This document shows, in pieces, positions 1-13,380 of a DNA stretch of 64,000 nt. Every line of letters starts with the position of its first letter. Within the stretch, counting starts at the first letter, position 1. Under the pieces are notes generated by a model. That model saw only the letters and a program-made list of their open reading frames with translations. It was not told the origin of the DNA and did not search any database. This DNA comes from Azolla caroliniana. Lineage: Eukaryota > Plantae > Polypodiophyta. A program made the translations under genes and the position numbers. Location: NCBI GenBank assembly GCA_043228905.1, contig JBHGNT010000015.1:9858001-9922000 (forward strand), in the 5' to 3' direction.

Positions 1-1310
1 CCTACATCATTTCTTGCACATTTTGAATGAGACCATAAAGAAAAGGATTGACATTTAGTGAAGTCATATGGTGTAGAAGATGGTGGCACTTTTAAGTAAA
101 TTTAGCCACAAAATGGATATCACCCAAGATTTATACGATATTGTCTATTGTGGTGATGTGGTTGAGATTATACACATATTCCCAATGAAGGAATACATAT
201 TATTGATTGTGGACATACCATATGGATTTTGTATGGTTGGATCAACATATGATGATGAACCATTTATGTTCAAACAACTTGTGAAGATGGTGAAAGATTT
301 CGCACAGTTGATGACAACATCCTTATGGAGAGTTGTTGTTAGGGTTATGTTCTAAAGTAAGCCCATGATAAGGATAATAAAGATAGATTAATAAGAAAGG
401 AGAGAGAGAAAGAAGGGTGCCGATCCACCCAACCACCCCCGAGCGAAGGGATCGAGACGAACTCGAGCCTCGATTGGCGTTCCATACCACCGCCGTGGCG
501 TTGAGTCGTACCTAGTGCTGGCACGTTCGCTACAAGGGTTGACCCACCACAAGAATGGAGTCTCGACGTAGTCAATAGATGATCAAATGAGGGTAGCTAG
601 GCCTCATATTTATAGCCAAACCCAAGGCCCCCAAGCAAGTTCACAGTTGGCCTAATGGGTTGTTTCAATCCCGAGGATTAAAAGTAATCTTTCCCTTTTT
701 TACACTCTCATTTAACTCTCACACTTTATCCACATGTATAGAATACTACGGTAAATTCTCACCATGGGATATTATATGGTCATGCCTGTAACAATTGCCA
801 TATTCCATAGCATGGACCAAAGATACTTTGTTGCACAGGCCTTGAGATCTCATTGCCATGGGATAGAAAACCTTGAGCTTTGGTAAGGAATATTTATCTT
901 ATATGGAGAATTTTGATTTGCCCATCTATACATTCTACTTAATATTGATATTTGTCATTTGAAATGTTCTCCAATGAAGAAGATTGGATACTAGATTTGT
1001 TCTTCGGCTTGGGTAAATTATTATAACTTTGTTTGCTATGCCTTTAAAAATCAATATAGTTTATGTTTAGCTAAAGCAATCTTCATTTTAAATTGTTAAT
1101 AGGTACTACATCTACATTTGCATTGAAGCTATTCAAAAGTACTGTTGCACTAAAAAAGGATGATGAGCAAATGAGTTTCATTAACAAGTAACATTTTCAA
1201 TCCGCATCTCATGAACCTATTCGACTATTAGCTGGTGAACCTAGGGAGCTTATTGATTTTGTCGACGAGATATTTGAGACCCTATCATTGCTAGCCTATG
1301 TGGAGTAGAT
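1..1310 (+). pseudogene. Degenerate beta-class N4-cytosine/N6-adenine DNA methyltransferase (N6_N4_Mtase-like) with spliceosomal introns; interrupted by an LTR and internally deleted; probably extends past the window start
   Basis: ORF 80-336 reads YDIVYCGDVVEIIHIFPMKEYILLIVDIPYG (motif III/IV, DPPY-like). It resumes in frame at 794-882 (IAIFHSMDQRYFVAQALRSHCHGIENLELW, donor gtaag at 883). 961-1012 EMFSNEEDWILDLFFGL-G, GT-AG intron 1013-1102, then 1103+ (G)TTSTFALKLFKSTVALKKDDEQ gives the motif X/I/II SAM-binding fold. In-frame stops are present. Confidence 0.75.
337..793. mobile_element. Probable solo LTR inserted in the methyltransferase relic
   Basis: TGTT...AACA termini; degenerate 5-bp TSD gttgt/attgc; removing it restores the reading frame. 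Confidence 0.55.
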
Positions 1311-1565
1311 ACTACTTGACACTTGTTAAATCTAAAAAAATCAGAAAATTTTATATACTATTTAAAGCATGTGATATTGGTGTATCAAGTTTCTAAAAAT
1401 TGCCCTAAATTGCAAGATTATAAAAGGAATCTACAAGTGGAATGCGCAATCCTTTCACTTGTGAATGCGAACATGTTATACACAAGATAATTACTGAGAA
1501 CTACACACATTGGTTCTGTTTCTTCAATAGTATCTCCAAATGCAATAGAATATTCATCAATTATT

Positions 1566-2497
1566 TGATGAGGATACTACCGGCCGCAACCGGTTGTCAC
1601 GAATGCAAGCGTGGGTGCAAAAATCGAAATGATAGAAATCATAGAAAACGGAAAAGCAAAGTACAGAGCAACAAGAGTTTAATGTGGAAAACCTTGAGAG
1701 GGAAAAACCACGGGAGTTCACAAAATCCAAAGAAATCACTATATGAGTAAGGTATACAATAAGAAACTTCAAGGCGACGGCCTTGAGTTCTTCTTCGCCA
1801 GACTGACGTTTACATTGAGGTCACACACACACACACACTCTCTCTCTCTCTCCTACTCATTAGTTGTACATACTCTTAGATATGATCATATAATGATTTT
1901 CCCTAGTTGTATTTATACTAATACAACTTTAGGGTTATTTACGAATATGGCCTAAATAGGCATGATAGAACCTATTTACAAAACTGGCCTTTTTTGGATG
2001 CCTCTTCGGATCTGATCCGGTCTGTCTTCTTCCTCAGATCCACCTGATGTGGCTCCTTCTTCATCTGTTTGGTTCCTCAGACTCTAGTCCGGTTCATGCT
2101 CTCCTTCCCATCGGGAGGGACTTGTTTCTTAACAAACTCCCCCTTCACTCTGGCATGGGGTGCTTCGTCAATCCGACTCATCTTGGACACGAATCCAACT
2201 TCTCTGTTGACAACACCTTTGTCAACATGTCGGATCCGTTCTCTGCTCTGTGGATCTTCATCAGAGCAAAATCCTTCTCTTCTAGCCTCTCCCGGAGCCA
2301 ATGGTATCTCCTCTGGATGTGGTTGGTCCTCGAGTGGTAGGCAACATTCTTCGCAAGGTGGATGACACTTTGGTTGTTGGAGTAGAGTTAGAATTCTTCT
2401 CGCCGAATCCCTTACTCTCCGATGAACTCCTTCATCCAAATAATTTCCTTGTCAACTTCTACTACAGCCATATTCTACGCTTCCATAGTTGACAGCG
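1566..2497 (-). mobile_element. Ty1/Copia (Tnt1-like, family F) 3' remnant: RNase H end, PPT and 3' LTR (1566-2134)
   Basis: Minus strand ...IHRAENGSDMLTKVLS...; PPT aagggggagtt then TG; the LTR resembles 59759-60414. Confidence 0.8.
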
Positions 2498-2819
2498 CCA
2501 ATCTCTTCTTCGGCTACTTTATTCATTGCTTTAGCATTTTTGGCTATGGCTATTTGCACCTCTAATTCTTCTAATCTTTCATAATTGCTACTTTCCATCT
2601 CAGAATTTTGAGCTAAAGATTTTCAGTCTCGAAATGTTATTCTTTCATCAACTTCCAAGCACTTATTGGCCACATGTTCGGCTCCTTTCTACATCCTCTT
2701 GCTTAGCCAAGCAATATCTTTTGTTGCACCTTGGGCCGTCACTGTTCCTTATATACTTCCACCAATGTCGTATGTGATGGCGGCATTTCTATCCCAGATC
2801 CATTATTCTTCTTCATCTT

Positions 2820-3005
2820 TGTGAAGATTAAAATGTGGAAGCTAAAATGGAACAGAACCAACTCAACCAGACAACAACAGATAAACAACACAAAGAGAAC
2901 AATGGAGAGAGAGTATGTGGGAGAGACAGAGAGAGCAGAAGAATGAGAACTCTATTTCAAAAAATAATACTCTGTCTACTCATACAAGTGTGCTCAATGA
3001 TACAA
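2820..3005 (-). mobile_element. Partial LTR of Copia family A (U5 end)
   Basis: tgtgaagatt...ggaagctaaaa resembles the reverse complement of the end of LTR 4903-5315. Confidence 0.55.
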
Positions 3006-5315
3006 ACCAATCAAATGTAAGTGGGTATACAAAGTGAAATACAATGCCGACGGTTTGGTCAACCGGTACAAGGCCCGATTGGTGGCCAAAGGATATGCAT
3101 AGACCCATGGCATCAACTACGATGAGACCTTTACACCAGTAGTGAAGATGACGACGGTATGTGTGGTACTAACGGTTGCAGCGGCAAGGGGGTGGTATCT
3201 CCACTAGATGGACGTAAAAAATGTGTTTCTTCAAGGTGACCTTGAAGAACGGGTATTTATGGTCCAACTCCCTAGATTTCAGTCAGAGTTGCATAAGTCG
3301 ACGGTATGTCGACTGAAGAAATCGCTTTATGGCCTCAAGCAAGGCCCCCGTGCTTGGAACTCAAAAATCACGCACCAATTGCGTAAGATGGGATTTGTGC
3401 CTCCAAATCCAACTCTTCTCTATTCATTCGGAAAGGTCCGAACAATCCAGTTTGCATTTTGTTGTATGTAGACGACTTGGAGATCACGGACCTCACCCTA
3501 CTGAAATCAGTCGAGTAAAGTCCAATTCGTCAGACGCATTCGAGATGAAGGACTTGGGGGACCTTCACTACTTCTTCGGGATGGAAGTGAGCCACACTCC
3601 CAATGACATATTGTTATCTCAATGACATTACGTGTTGAATATGCTATACAAATTCGGTATGACGGATTGTCAATCCGTCTCCACTCCACTCGACAAAAAC
3701 CTAAAACTACCTCCCGACTCGGGAGCATCCTACGATGAGAAACGGCTTTGAAAAATTGTCGGGAGCCTCACATATCTAACGATCACCCGACCTGACCTCA
3801 ATTATCCAATCAATGTGATAAGTCAGTTCATGTAGAGACCGACTGTCAAGCATCTTCAGTGTGCGCATAGATTATTGCGATATGTGAGCGGCACGAAGGA
3901 TCGAGAACTGTTGTATTGACACGGTATAGTTGAACAACTAGTTGGCTATACTGATGCCGACTGATCCGAAGATGCAACAATTCGGCGGTCAACATCAGGT
4001 TTCATGTTTTCTCTTGGGAGTGCGATTGTAGCCTACATTATAGAGGCACCACTGTCGCAACTTGTGAGGCTATATGGCTCTGGCGGCTGCTGCAGGACTT
4101 ACGAGTCGAAGTTCCCACTCTGATTCCAATCTACTGGGACAACATTAGTAGCATGCAGGTGGCAAAGAACCCCGTGTTCCATGCTCGCATGAAGCACATA
4201 GAAGTGCATTATCACTTTGTGCATGATTGGCTCCTGAGTGGTGAAGTTGAACTCTGATATGTTCAGACCGATCGGTAGGTTGCCGACGTCTTCACCAAGG
4301 CACTTGGATCGGACAAGTTGTAGCACATTTCGGAGATGTTTGGTTTACCACATCTCGATGTCCCGCACTTGAGGGGGAGAACAAATGGAGTAGCCGGGAA
4401 AGAGGAGAGTGGAAATGAGTCGACCGAGAAAAAGAAAGTCAAAGAAGATGCTGAATCGATTGAAGAAGTCGATATATTTGATAGAGTCAAAGCAGGCAGT
4501 AGAGTCAAGAAGGACAGAGCCGACCGAAGGAAAAAGACTAGGTCCAAGACATGGTTAGATGTGGTTAAGGGCCTAAAGAATGAGGACAAATCGGAGATAG
4601 CCGATTCGGTCAAGGAGTTTGATTCGGATGAGCCAAATTTCCTAATGGCCAAGTGGGCAAGAAGGTAGCCAAAGTCGACACTAAAACGAAGGCGTAGACG
4701 GGTCAAGGGGCGTCGATACTACGACAACGAGGGAGCTGAGAAGGGTCTGATGAGTAGACAAGCCATCTAAGGAGTTCGAGGTGCACAAGACTGGACAGGT
4801 CGAGGAGCGCGAGCAAAGTGTGAAGACACCATGAGGAGCCGGAGTCAAGGACCAGCGAATGCTAACACGATAGATCGACCTCAAGTTGAGCTTGAGGGGG
4901 AGTGTTGAGCAAACAAGTTCAACGTCGGCCGGATCGGGTGAAAACCGATCGGCTAGGCTCGGATCGAATCTAAAACCAGACCGGTGAGCCAGATCCATGC
5001 GGAGCCAGTAGGTCATTAGAGGCCTACGATCCTAGATTACTAGGAAGTTATATTCCTAGAAGTTAGTGTCAGTAGCTCAATTATGAGCATTGAAGTACTT
5101 GTCAGCACTTCAGTCAGTCCTTGAAGGACTTGTATAAAATTGCTCTTTGAGCACATTATATGTGCAGAGTGTTATTTTGAAATTGAGTTTTCTATGTTCT
5201 ACTCTCTCTATCTCTCCCAAGTACTCTGTGTGTTCTCCATTGTTCTCTGAGTTTTTTGTTGTTGTCCGGCTGAGCCAGTTGTGTTTGTTTTAGCTTCCGC
5301 ACACTAATCTTCACA
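3005..5315 (+). mobile_element. Copia family A remnant (A0): degraded RT-RNase H, 3' extension, PPT and 3' LTR 4903-5315
   Basis: MDVKNVFLQGDLEE, YVDD and MKDLGDLHYF motifs with stops and frameshifts; cttgagggggag-TGTTGAG. Confidence 0.9.
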
Positions 5316-5319
5316 AAAA

Positions 5320-6700
5320 TATACATGGAATAGCGAGAAGGGTATGTTCACCTTATATTTCTGACTTATATTTGTAAGCTTAAGAAATATTTATATGGGT
5401 TAAAGCAAGCTCCAAGGGCATGGTACCACAAATTGGTCGTATATTTGATGTTGGTTTTAGAGAATCAGATGTCGATCTTTCTTTGTTTGTGAATGTGACA
5501 AAAGGAAAACTCATTGCTATATGCATCTATGTTGATGACTTGATTGTTACAGGTGATGATGATGAGAACATCAAAGATGTTAAAAGGAACCTGAAATCTG
5601 AATTCAAAATTTCAGATCTTGGTGAGTTGAAATACTTCTTAGGTATTAAGATAGTAAAAAAGGAAAATAAAGTATGTTTATCACAAAGAAAATACTTGCT
5701 TGATGTGCTTAAGAAGTTTGGAATGTCAACATGTAAATTGTTACAAATATCTTTGGATGTTAATGTTAAGTTTACATATTATGATGGTGAAAAGATTGAA
5801 GATTCTCAACTAGATAGAAGTATAATTGGGTCATTGATTTATGCTACAATCACAGGGCCCGACATTGTTCGTGTTGTTGGTGTTTTATCACAATTTATGC
5901 AAGAGCCCATGATGAATCATTTAAAAGCTACTAGAAGAATTTTGAGATACATAAAAGGAACAATTAATTATGGTTTAATTTATGATTATGATGCTAATCT
6001 AGACCCAAAAGGGTATTGTGATGCTGAGTGGGCTGTATCTCCAAATGATAGGAGAATCATATCTGGATATGTGTTTATGATAGGTACAAAAACCATATCA
6101 TGGAGTTCGACGAAACAACCAACAGTCGTTGTCATCGACAGAAGAAGAGTACAGATCTTTAGCAAATGCTACTTGTGAAGTGATGTGGTTGAAGAAGCTA
6201 TTGGGTGATTTACATATAAGCTACGGTGATTTTATTTTATGTTCAGATAGTATGTCAGCAATCTATTTAACGAAGAATCCAGCGGTTGAAGAAGATATTG
6301 GGTGATTTATAGATAAGCTATGGTGATTTTATTTTATGTTCAAATAGTATGTCAACAATGTATTTAGTGAAGAATCCAATATTTTATGCAAGGAGCAAAC
6401 ACATTGAAGTTCACTATCATTTCATAAGAGAAAAAGCGGTAACGAAAGAAATCCTTTTGTTATATGTTAAGACAGGTGATCAAGTTGCAGATATATTACA
6501 AAGTTTTTGGATTCGGAAAAGTTAAAGACATTCATGCGTCAAATGAATATAGGAGATATATCATCTCAAGCTTGAGGGGGAGTGTTAGAAGTCAAGCTCG
6601 TACTTGGAAGGACTTGAACACATAACATATGTATTCATAGTTATTTGGCTTTACCATCAAGCCATTATTGATTTGTTATTTTTGATATTTCATCAGTGAA
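5320..6700 (+). mobile_element. AT-rich Copia RT-RNase H remnant with PPT (~6571-6582) and start of LTR; internal ~95-bp duplication (~6187-6380)
   Basis: ORF 5420-6178 contains IYVDDLIVTG, SDLGELKYFLG and GYCDAEWA; followed by SKHIEVHYHFIRE. Confidence 0.88.
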
Positions 6701-7335
6701 TTAGGAACGAGGCAAAAACAATTCCTATTGTATTGTAACAATCAAAGTGCCATCCACCTTGCTAAGAATGTCGCCTACCACTCTAGAACTAACCATATCA
6801 AACGGAGATATCATGGCTAGAGAGATGGTAGATGAAAGGGATTTCACCCTAGTAAAGATTCATACGGATGACATTGGATCAGACATGTTAACCAAGGTGT
6901 TGTTTATGCACAAGCTTAATGCATGCCGGTAAAGAGTAAGTTTGTTGAATTACCCCATCCCGGAGGGAAGGGGGAGTTTGTTGGGATAACTGGTCCCTCC
7001 GAATGGGATGAGTTGGAGAGCCGAATCGGATGAAGGCCAACTAAGAGCCGAAAGCCGATTAGGTAGTAGCCGATTAGAGGCTACATTTGTAAATAGCCCA
7101 TATTTGTGTATAAGTATAAATACACCTAGGGCAATTATAATTTTGATATAGAGAGGTAAAATGAGAGATTGTGATAGTTGGAATCATTGTTGTGTCAACA
7201 GGGAGTGAGTGTGTGTATCCATTTGAAGACAAAGACGATGACGAGCTCGAGGTTGTTGCCTTTGAGTCCCTTGTATATCCATCCGTATAGTGATTCCGTT
7301 TGGAGTCTGTGAGCTCCTGTGGTTTATCCCATTCA
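6700..7335 (+). mobile_element. Copia family F 3' remnant (RNase H end, PPT, LTR from 6979)
   Basis: KIHTDDIGSDMLTK; aagggggagtt-TGTTGGG; LTR start tggtccctccg is shared with the F LTRs. Confidence 0.75.
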
Positions 7336-8720
7336 GGGTATCATTTGGAATGTGTATAACTTATAACACTTAGGAACTAGTGGTAACTATATTTTCTTCC
7401 TCGGAATTGCAAATATTTGGTTATAGGAAAATGTCATCAGGAGGCCATTTGTTTTACTTGTATTTCCACAAATCAACTAATATTTGCTTTCAATATTGTT
7501 TTGAGCTACAAAATCACTTTCCAAGCAAAGTCATAGATATGTGTATTCAAGCTATTTTGAACTAGACAATCATTAAATAAATAACTCATTTGACTTTCTA
7601 TAAAGACCTATTTGGTTGTATCATGTTGCCAAAATAGTTCAAGGGCATTCCACCTAAAATTCTCACATGCATTCTTAGCTAAGAAATCAATGATAGAAAA
7701 TTTGATTGTACAATCGTAGCAATCCATGCATACGCCACTTTATAAATTTCCAATACATCAACGTTTCATCTTTTTAAATTCTCAACTTGCGTGATCTTTG
7801 GCAGGAATATTGCACGTTAGAGGATATCTAAGATGGAGAACAATCTTATTTGGAATGTCGTTTGTGAATTATGAAAAGAAGCACCTTCAGAGTTATAGAA
7901 AAATTGTTCAATCTGGCAACTAAAGCAAAAAGTTTACTTGCATCTATCAAGGTTTGCAAATGTTTGGTTATATACAAGGGCACAAAGGTAAGGTCAACAA
8001 CATATGGCTAAGTGTTTGATGATGACAATATTATACCTTTAGACTATTACGACACCATCAACTCATTTTATAATTAAGGTGTTGAATTCAATGCCACTAT
8101 TAGGGCCCCTTAAATGTAAAAATGAAGTGTAAAGTGACTACATACCCTAAACCAAATGTCAAAACCCTAAAAAAGAAAGAAGTCAAAGAAGAAGAAAACC
8201 AAAAAAGAAAGAAGGCGGAGAAGAAAATAAATATTTTGAACACCACACCTATCTAACTCTAAGGACAACTTTAACGACTTAGCCACTTACATTTAATTAC
8301 CTTTTGATTTGTTTACTCTTTATTAGTTTTAAGTTTTTGAAGTTGGTGATGTCAAGCTTTGAGTCGGGGTCCTAGTAACAAATGTTGTTAGCATTTTATC
8401 CACATTGGACGGTGCAGATCACACACGCCCTCAGCTAAGCAACCTGCACTGTGCACACCCGCGATTCCCTCACTTGCCCTCTTTAATATTTGGTAGTAGT
8501 TAGACACGAGCTACATACATACATACAATGTCATACATATTGATACATATGTGTGTATGTGTGTGTAGTATGTATTGTTGATTCGTTGGCGATTCCAACA
8601 TGTCGAGTGGTGATGACGACGACGACAACTACTATTATTACTACCATAGTATATATACCATTGCATTGTAGTACAGTAGTAGAGTGTGTAGTCTATAGTA
8701 GTAGTTTTTAGTCAGACACA

Positions 8721-11700
8721 TGTACATTTTGGACCACACCCAAATTAGGCCCCTACCAAGCCCCCATAATTAGAAGAGCTAATTGGAGCGGGAGAACACC
8801 CTCCACGCTAAGAGTAGTCTATAAAATGTACGTTGGAACGTAATGGAAAGGGAGCTATTCTTGAGAGCATTTCACATCTTGGTGGAGAAGACAGGCAAAG
8901 CAACCCCAACTCACGACCCCAACAACACACGCCACGATGCAACACGACAACAACGGCGGCAACGCAAACTCAATGAATCCAGAATTCCTACAACAACAAA
9001 TTCAAGAACATCAGCCCACATCGCCAATCGACCAACTGGTTCAAGCCTTGTCCAATATTATTTTACAAGTTAACCATACTAACCAAGCCATGTTGTCATT
9101 TCTTTTAGCACGATCCAAGCCACAACAAAATCTCCCAGACCCTCGAGTTCGCCCAAAACCATTCTCCAGCCTACCATCAGAAGAAGTCCTCTCTCTTGGT
9201 TGGATCATTTCAAAATGGTGGCCAGTTACCACCAATGGCCACACCCTCGGAAGGCAATGGAAATGAAGACACTTGTCGAGAATATCGCAGCAACATGGCT
9301 CGTCCAACAACCTGAAGAGACACGCAATGACTGGGATCTGTTACAGGCAACCATGATTCGGAATTTTGCTCATCAAGACTCCCGCCAGACGGCCCTACAA
9401 CAACTCGAGTCAATTGCCCAACAGCAACGCGAACCCATCACCCAGTTTGTGGTTCGGTTTGTGCAGATCCTACACCGGGCTGACGGGCTGACGCCAACAT
9501 GTCGGAAGACATGAAGTTGTTTTTTTTCTGGTCGCGTATCCGACATGACCTACGTCTCCGTGTACGTGATCAAGGCTCGACGACACTACACGAAGCCATC
9601 CTCACCGCCCAATGCATCGAAGCTGCAGACGCGCACGACATGCACACACCAGGTAATCTCAGTTACGATCATATAAACACTATGCCAGCCGCCACAAACA
9701 CTCCCATGGACATCGACGTCCAGAACGCGCAATTACACACCAAACGTGCATTGCCCGAACGAGATAAGCCTGGGATGCCCCAAATGTTTCTACTACAACA
9801 ACTATGGCCACATTCGGCGTCACTGCCGAAAGTGGCAAAATCACCAACAGAAGCAGAACGTCCAATTAGCCGACGCTGCCTACCTCTCTGAGCTCCCGGA
9901 AAACTAATGCACAGGGTGCCGCAGGGAGAGCGGCCCCCGCATGTCCACGCCTCCACGTCATCAACTTCTCCCGTTTCTCCCACGATCGAGCCACCCCTGC
10001 ACGTCCACGCATCCATGTCATCAACTTCTCCCGTTTATACCATGATTGATCCGACCCCGCATGTCCACACCTCCACGTCATCAACTTCGCCCGTTTGTAC
10101 CACAATCGCCCGCCTTCAGCACACGACCCAAGAAGTTCTCCTTGACTCCGGCAACAACATCTCTTCCATCAGCGCAGATTTAGTCACCCAATTACAACTT
10201 CCCACGAGCCACGCACCGCCCATTAAAATCCTCTTCGGTGACCAACAACGGTTGTACCACTCACATACGCAAGTCATGTGCATGCTCACCATCAGTTCCG
10301 CCCAGATCCAACATCGTTTCTATGTCCTCCTGCGCCGGTTGTTCCCAACCACCCTAGACTGTGATTGGTTCCTCCATAGTCGTGCTTGTCTCGATTTCTC
10401 CTCACAACATCTCATCCTCCCCAATTACCTTCCGATCGCGCTCTTCACTACTCCACGAGATACCACCCACATCAGCAACACACAGTACCTGGTATCACCG
10501 ACAGAGCGCATCCACGACATCTGACAGCTCCTAGCCACCTTTCCCTCGCTGTTTACACCACCTGCAAAACCTCCCTCGGTCCGTTTTTCGATCCACCACA
10601 CAATTCCTACAGGCAACGCCCGCCCCATCAGCGCATCTCCTCGACGTCGCTCACCTCTTGACCACGAGCGCATCGACAACGCCGTCAAAACTATGCTACA
10701 ACAGGGGATTATCACACCTTCCAAGAGCGAGTGGATCTCTGAGCCGCACATGGTAAAGAAAGGGGATGGGTCTTACCGTTTTTGTGTCAACTTCCGACAA
10801 CTAAACCATGTCACCCCACCCATGACCGATATCCTCTCCCTCGTATCGACGACCTCCTTGACCAGCTCGACAAATCAAAGTACTTCACCTCCCTCGATCT
10901 GGCCTTGGGATATAGCAGATCCATATGAATCCTAAAGATGCCCACAAAACTGCATTCCGCACTAGGAAAGGCATTTTTCAGTTCACATGGATGCCCTTCA
11001 GCCTATCCAATGCTAGGAGCACATTCCAGTGAATGGCTAACGCCATCTTCGATGATCTCATCACCCGTCGCGTCGTCATCGTCTATCTAGACGATATTCT
11101 GATACATACAAGCACTTGGGCGGAACACCTTCAAGTCCTTCGGGAGGTCCTAACTTGTGTTCAACGCTATCAATTGCAGCTGCAATGGAAGAAGTGTTGA
11201 TGGGGTAGTACGCGCCTCCGCTTCCTCGGGTACGTCATCTCCTCCGACGGAATACAGATGGACCCAGAGAAGACGAAAGCAGTCCATAAATGCCCAGAGA
11301 AGACGGAAGCATCTGCCACCGCCTACAAGCCGAGCCCACATCATCCCTCACCAAGCAATTCATGATCCAGGATAATGTCCTACTATTTTGCCAAGTAGGC
11401 AAAGTCTACGTGCATGAGCAACTGCGCCTGTCTTACCTTCGTTTCTTCCATGATCACCCATTGTCCGGCCACTTGGGTTTTCATAAGGTGCTAGACAAAA
11501 TCCGTTGCAAATTCTATTGGCCGGGGCTACACCACGAGGTCGCCGCCTACATCAAAGCATGCAACTTATGTCAGGCCATCAAATCACCTCAACTGGCTCA
11601 AGGCCTCTTACATCCGATACAAGTTCAAGCTCCATTTGAAATCGTCGGATGGGACATTATGGGCCCCTTTCCCGAGTCACAAGAAGGGAACAAATTCATC

Positions 11701-12741
11701 CTCGTCATAACCGAGTACTTGACGCGTTGGGCTGAGACGGCCACTATCCCAGATGCGAAGGCTATGACCATCGCCTCCAAACTATTGGAGAAAATCATCT
11801 TCCCCCACTGTTGCCCACTCCAAATCTTGTCCGATCGAGGACCCCAGTTCAACAGCGAGCTCCTACGCCTCGTTTCTACACAATTAGGGATCCAACAATT
11901 ATTCACGTCACCCTACCATCCGCGCCTTAATCAAACCTGAAAACAACAAATCTCGGCCTACATCGATCCGCTACACTCGACCTGGGACCGGATCTTGCCC
12001 TTCGTTACGCATGCCTACAACACAACTGTGCAAGCCTCCACCCGTATTAGCCCATTTCGGGCGCTTTACGGAAGGGACCTGCACTTACCCTAGAAGTGGC
12101 AGTCCTGCAACCAATCACACGACTCCACTCTAACGCAGTGTCCTGGTGGTCCCACCTGCAACAACTCCAGCCCCTCCTCCGTAAAGCCATCACGAGCAAC
12201 CTGCACCAAGCACAGTTACGCCAAAAACGACAACACGATGCAGGTCGCGCCGACCATCAATACCACGTCGACGACAAAGTTCTCGTCTATTTCCCCATCC
12301 GTCGTCGCGGCCTCAGCGAGTAACTCATGCACCGATGGATCGGTCCCTTCGAAGTTCAAAAGCAGATACGCAACACTACATATCTACTCCGCCGCGCCTC
12401 CAACAACCGCTCTACCTTTGCCCACTAGTCTCACATGAAGCCCTTCCATCATCTACCATCACCCCCGCCCGCGCCCACACCCATGCCCACACCCACGCTC
12501 GTGTGATCCCCCTGCCTAGAACCGTCGACCACGCCCTGTCGTGATCCGACCACACTATAACTTTTTTTTACAAGGGGGAACTGTGGCGGTCACATGGACC
12601 ACACCCAAATTAGGCCCCTACCAAGCCCCCATAATTAGAAGAGCTAATTGGAGCGGGAGAACACCCTCCACGCTAAGAGTAGTCTATAAAATGTAACTTG
12701 GAACGTAATGGAAAGGGAGCTATTTTTGAGAGCATTTCACA
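8721..12741 (+). mobile_element. Ty3/Gypsy element G, degraded, with short ~160-bp LTRs (~8721/8730-8876 and 12582-12741); gag-PR-RT-(RNase H deleted)-IN
   Basis: Direct-repeat LTRs; PBS tggtggagaa at 8880; PPT caagggggaac at 12571; CCHC-like knuckle, LLDSG protease, VYLDD RT, HHCC and core integrase (ORF 11290-11940). Confidence 0.92.
9935..10103 (+). repeat. 60-bp tandem repeat x~3 encoding PHVHASTSSTSPV..., upstream of the protease
   Basis: Three aligned units visible at 9935, 9995 and 10055. Confidence 0.9.
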
Positions 12742-13380
12742 ATACTACACACATAATATAATATTAATGTAATTGTGTGTGCCTTTTCAAACCAGGGCAG
12801 CCCCCCAAGACAAGAGAGAGTGAGAGAGAATTTAATATATGTGTATGTATTGTACTTAGATACATACATAAATGGTACATATTGCTTTCACAGAGAGACA
12901 GAGAGAGCGGTACTCCTTGCTTGACTTTTCAGCCATGGCCGTAGGCAGACGAATTCCTGCTTTCTTTCAATCATGGATACAATTGCCGTCTGAAAGCTTA
13001 TGACAGACAGAAATCTCTTTCTCTCATCATCGCAGAGACAACGATTCAAATTTTTATGTGTACTCCAAAAATAATTATGCTTCTGTGAAGATTCAATAGC
13101 CACCGATCGTTTCTTCTTCTCTGTGTTTGTCGCCTTTGGAAGAATTCACGTCCTTTGATGCGTCTCTACTTCTCACTTTTCTCCCCTCTCTTGTTTGCCA
13201 CCACGTTGTAGGTTGGTATTTTTATCACTCATATGGCGGCTGTGGAAAATGGAGTTTATCTGTTACAGAAGTCTTATTTTTCAAAGGATATGTACATTAT
13301 GACGTTGAATTTGTTTGGACATTTCTGTGCATTCATTTAATTGTGGATGAGAGGAGGGGAGGGGGCTGCTCTAAAGGTCC

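Noticed and set aside
80-355. Stand-alone 91-aa gene
   Set aside because: The stop comes from the inserted LTR; the segment is part of the methyltransferase pseudogene
7340-8300. Possible DNA transposon (CACTA-like) remnant
   Set aside because: Only vague coding-like traces; no TIR or motif I can support
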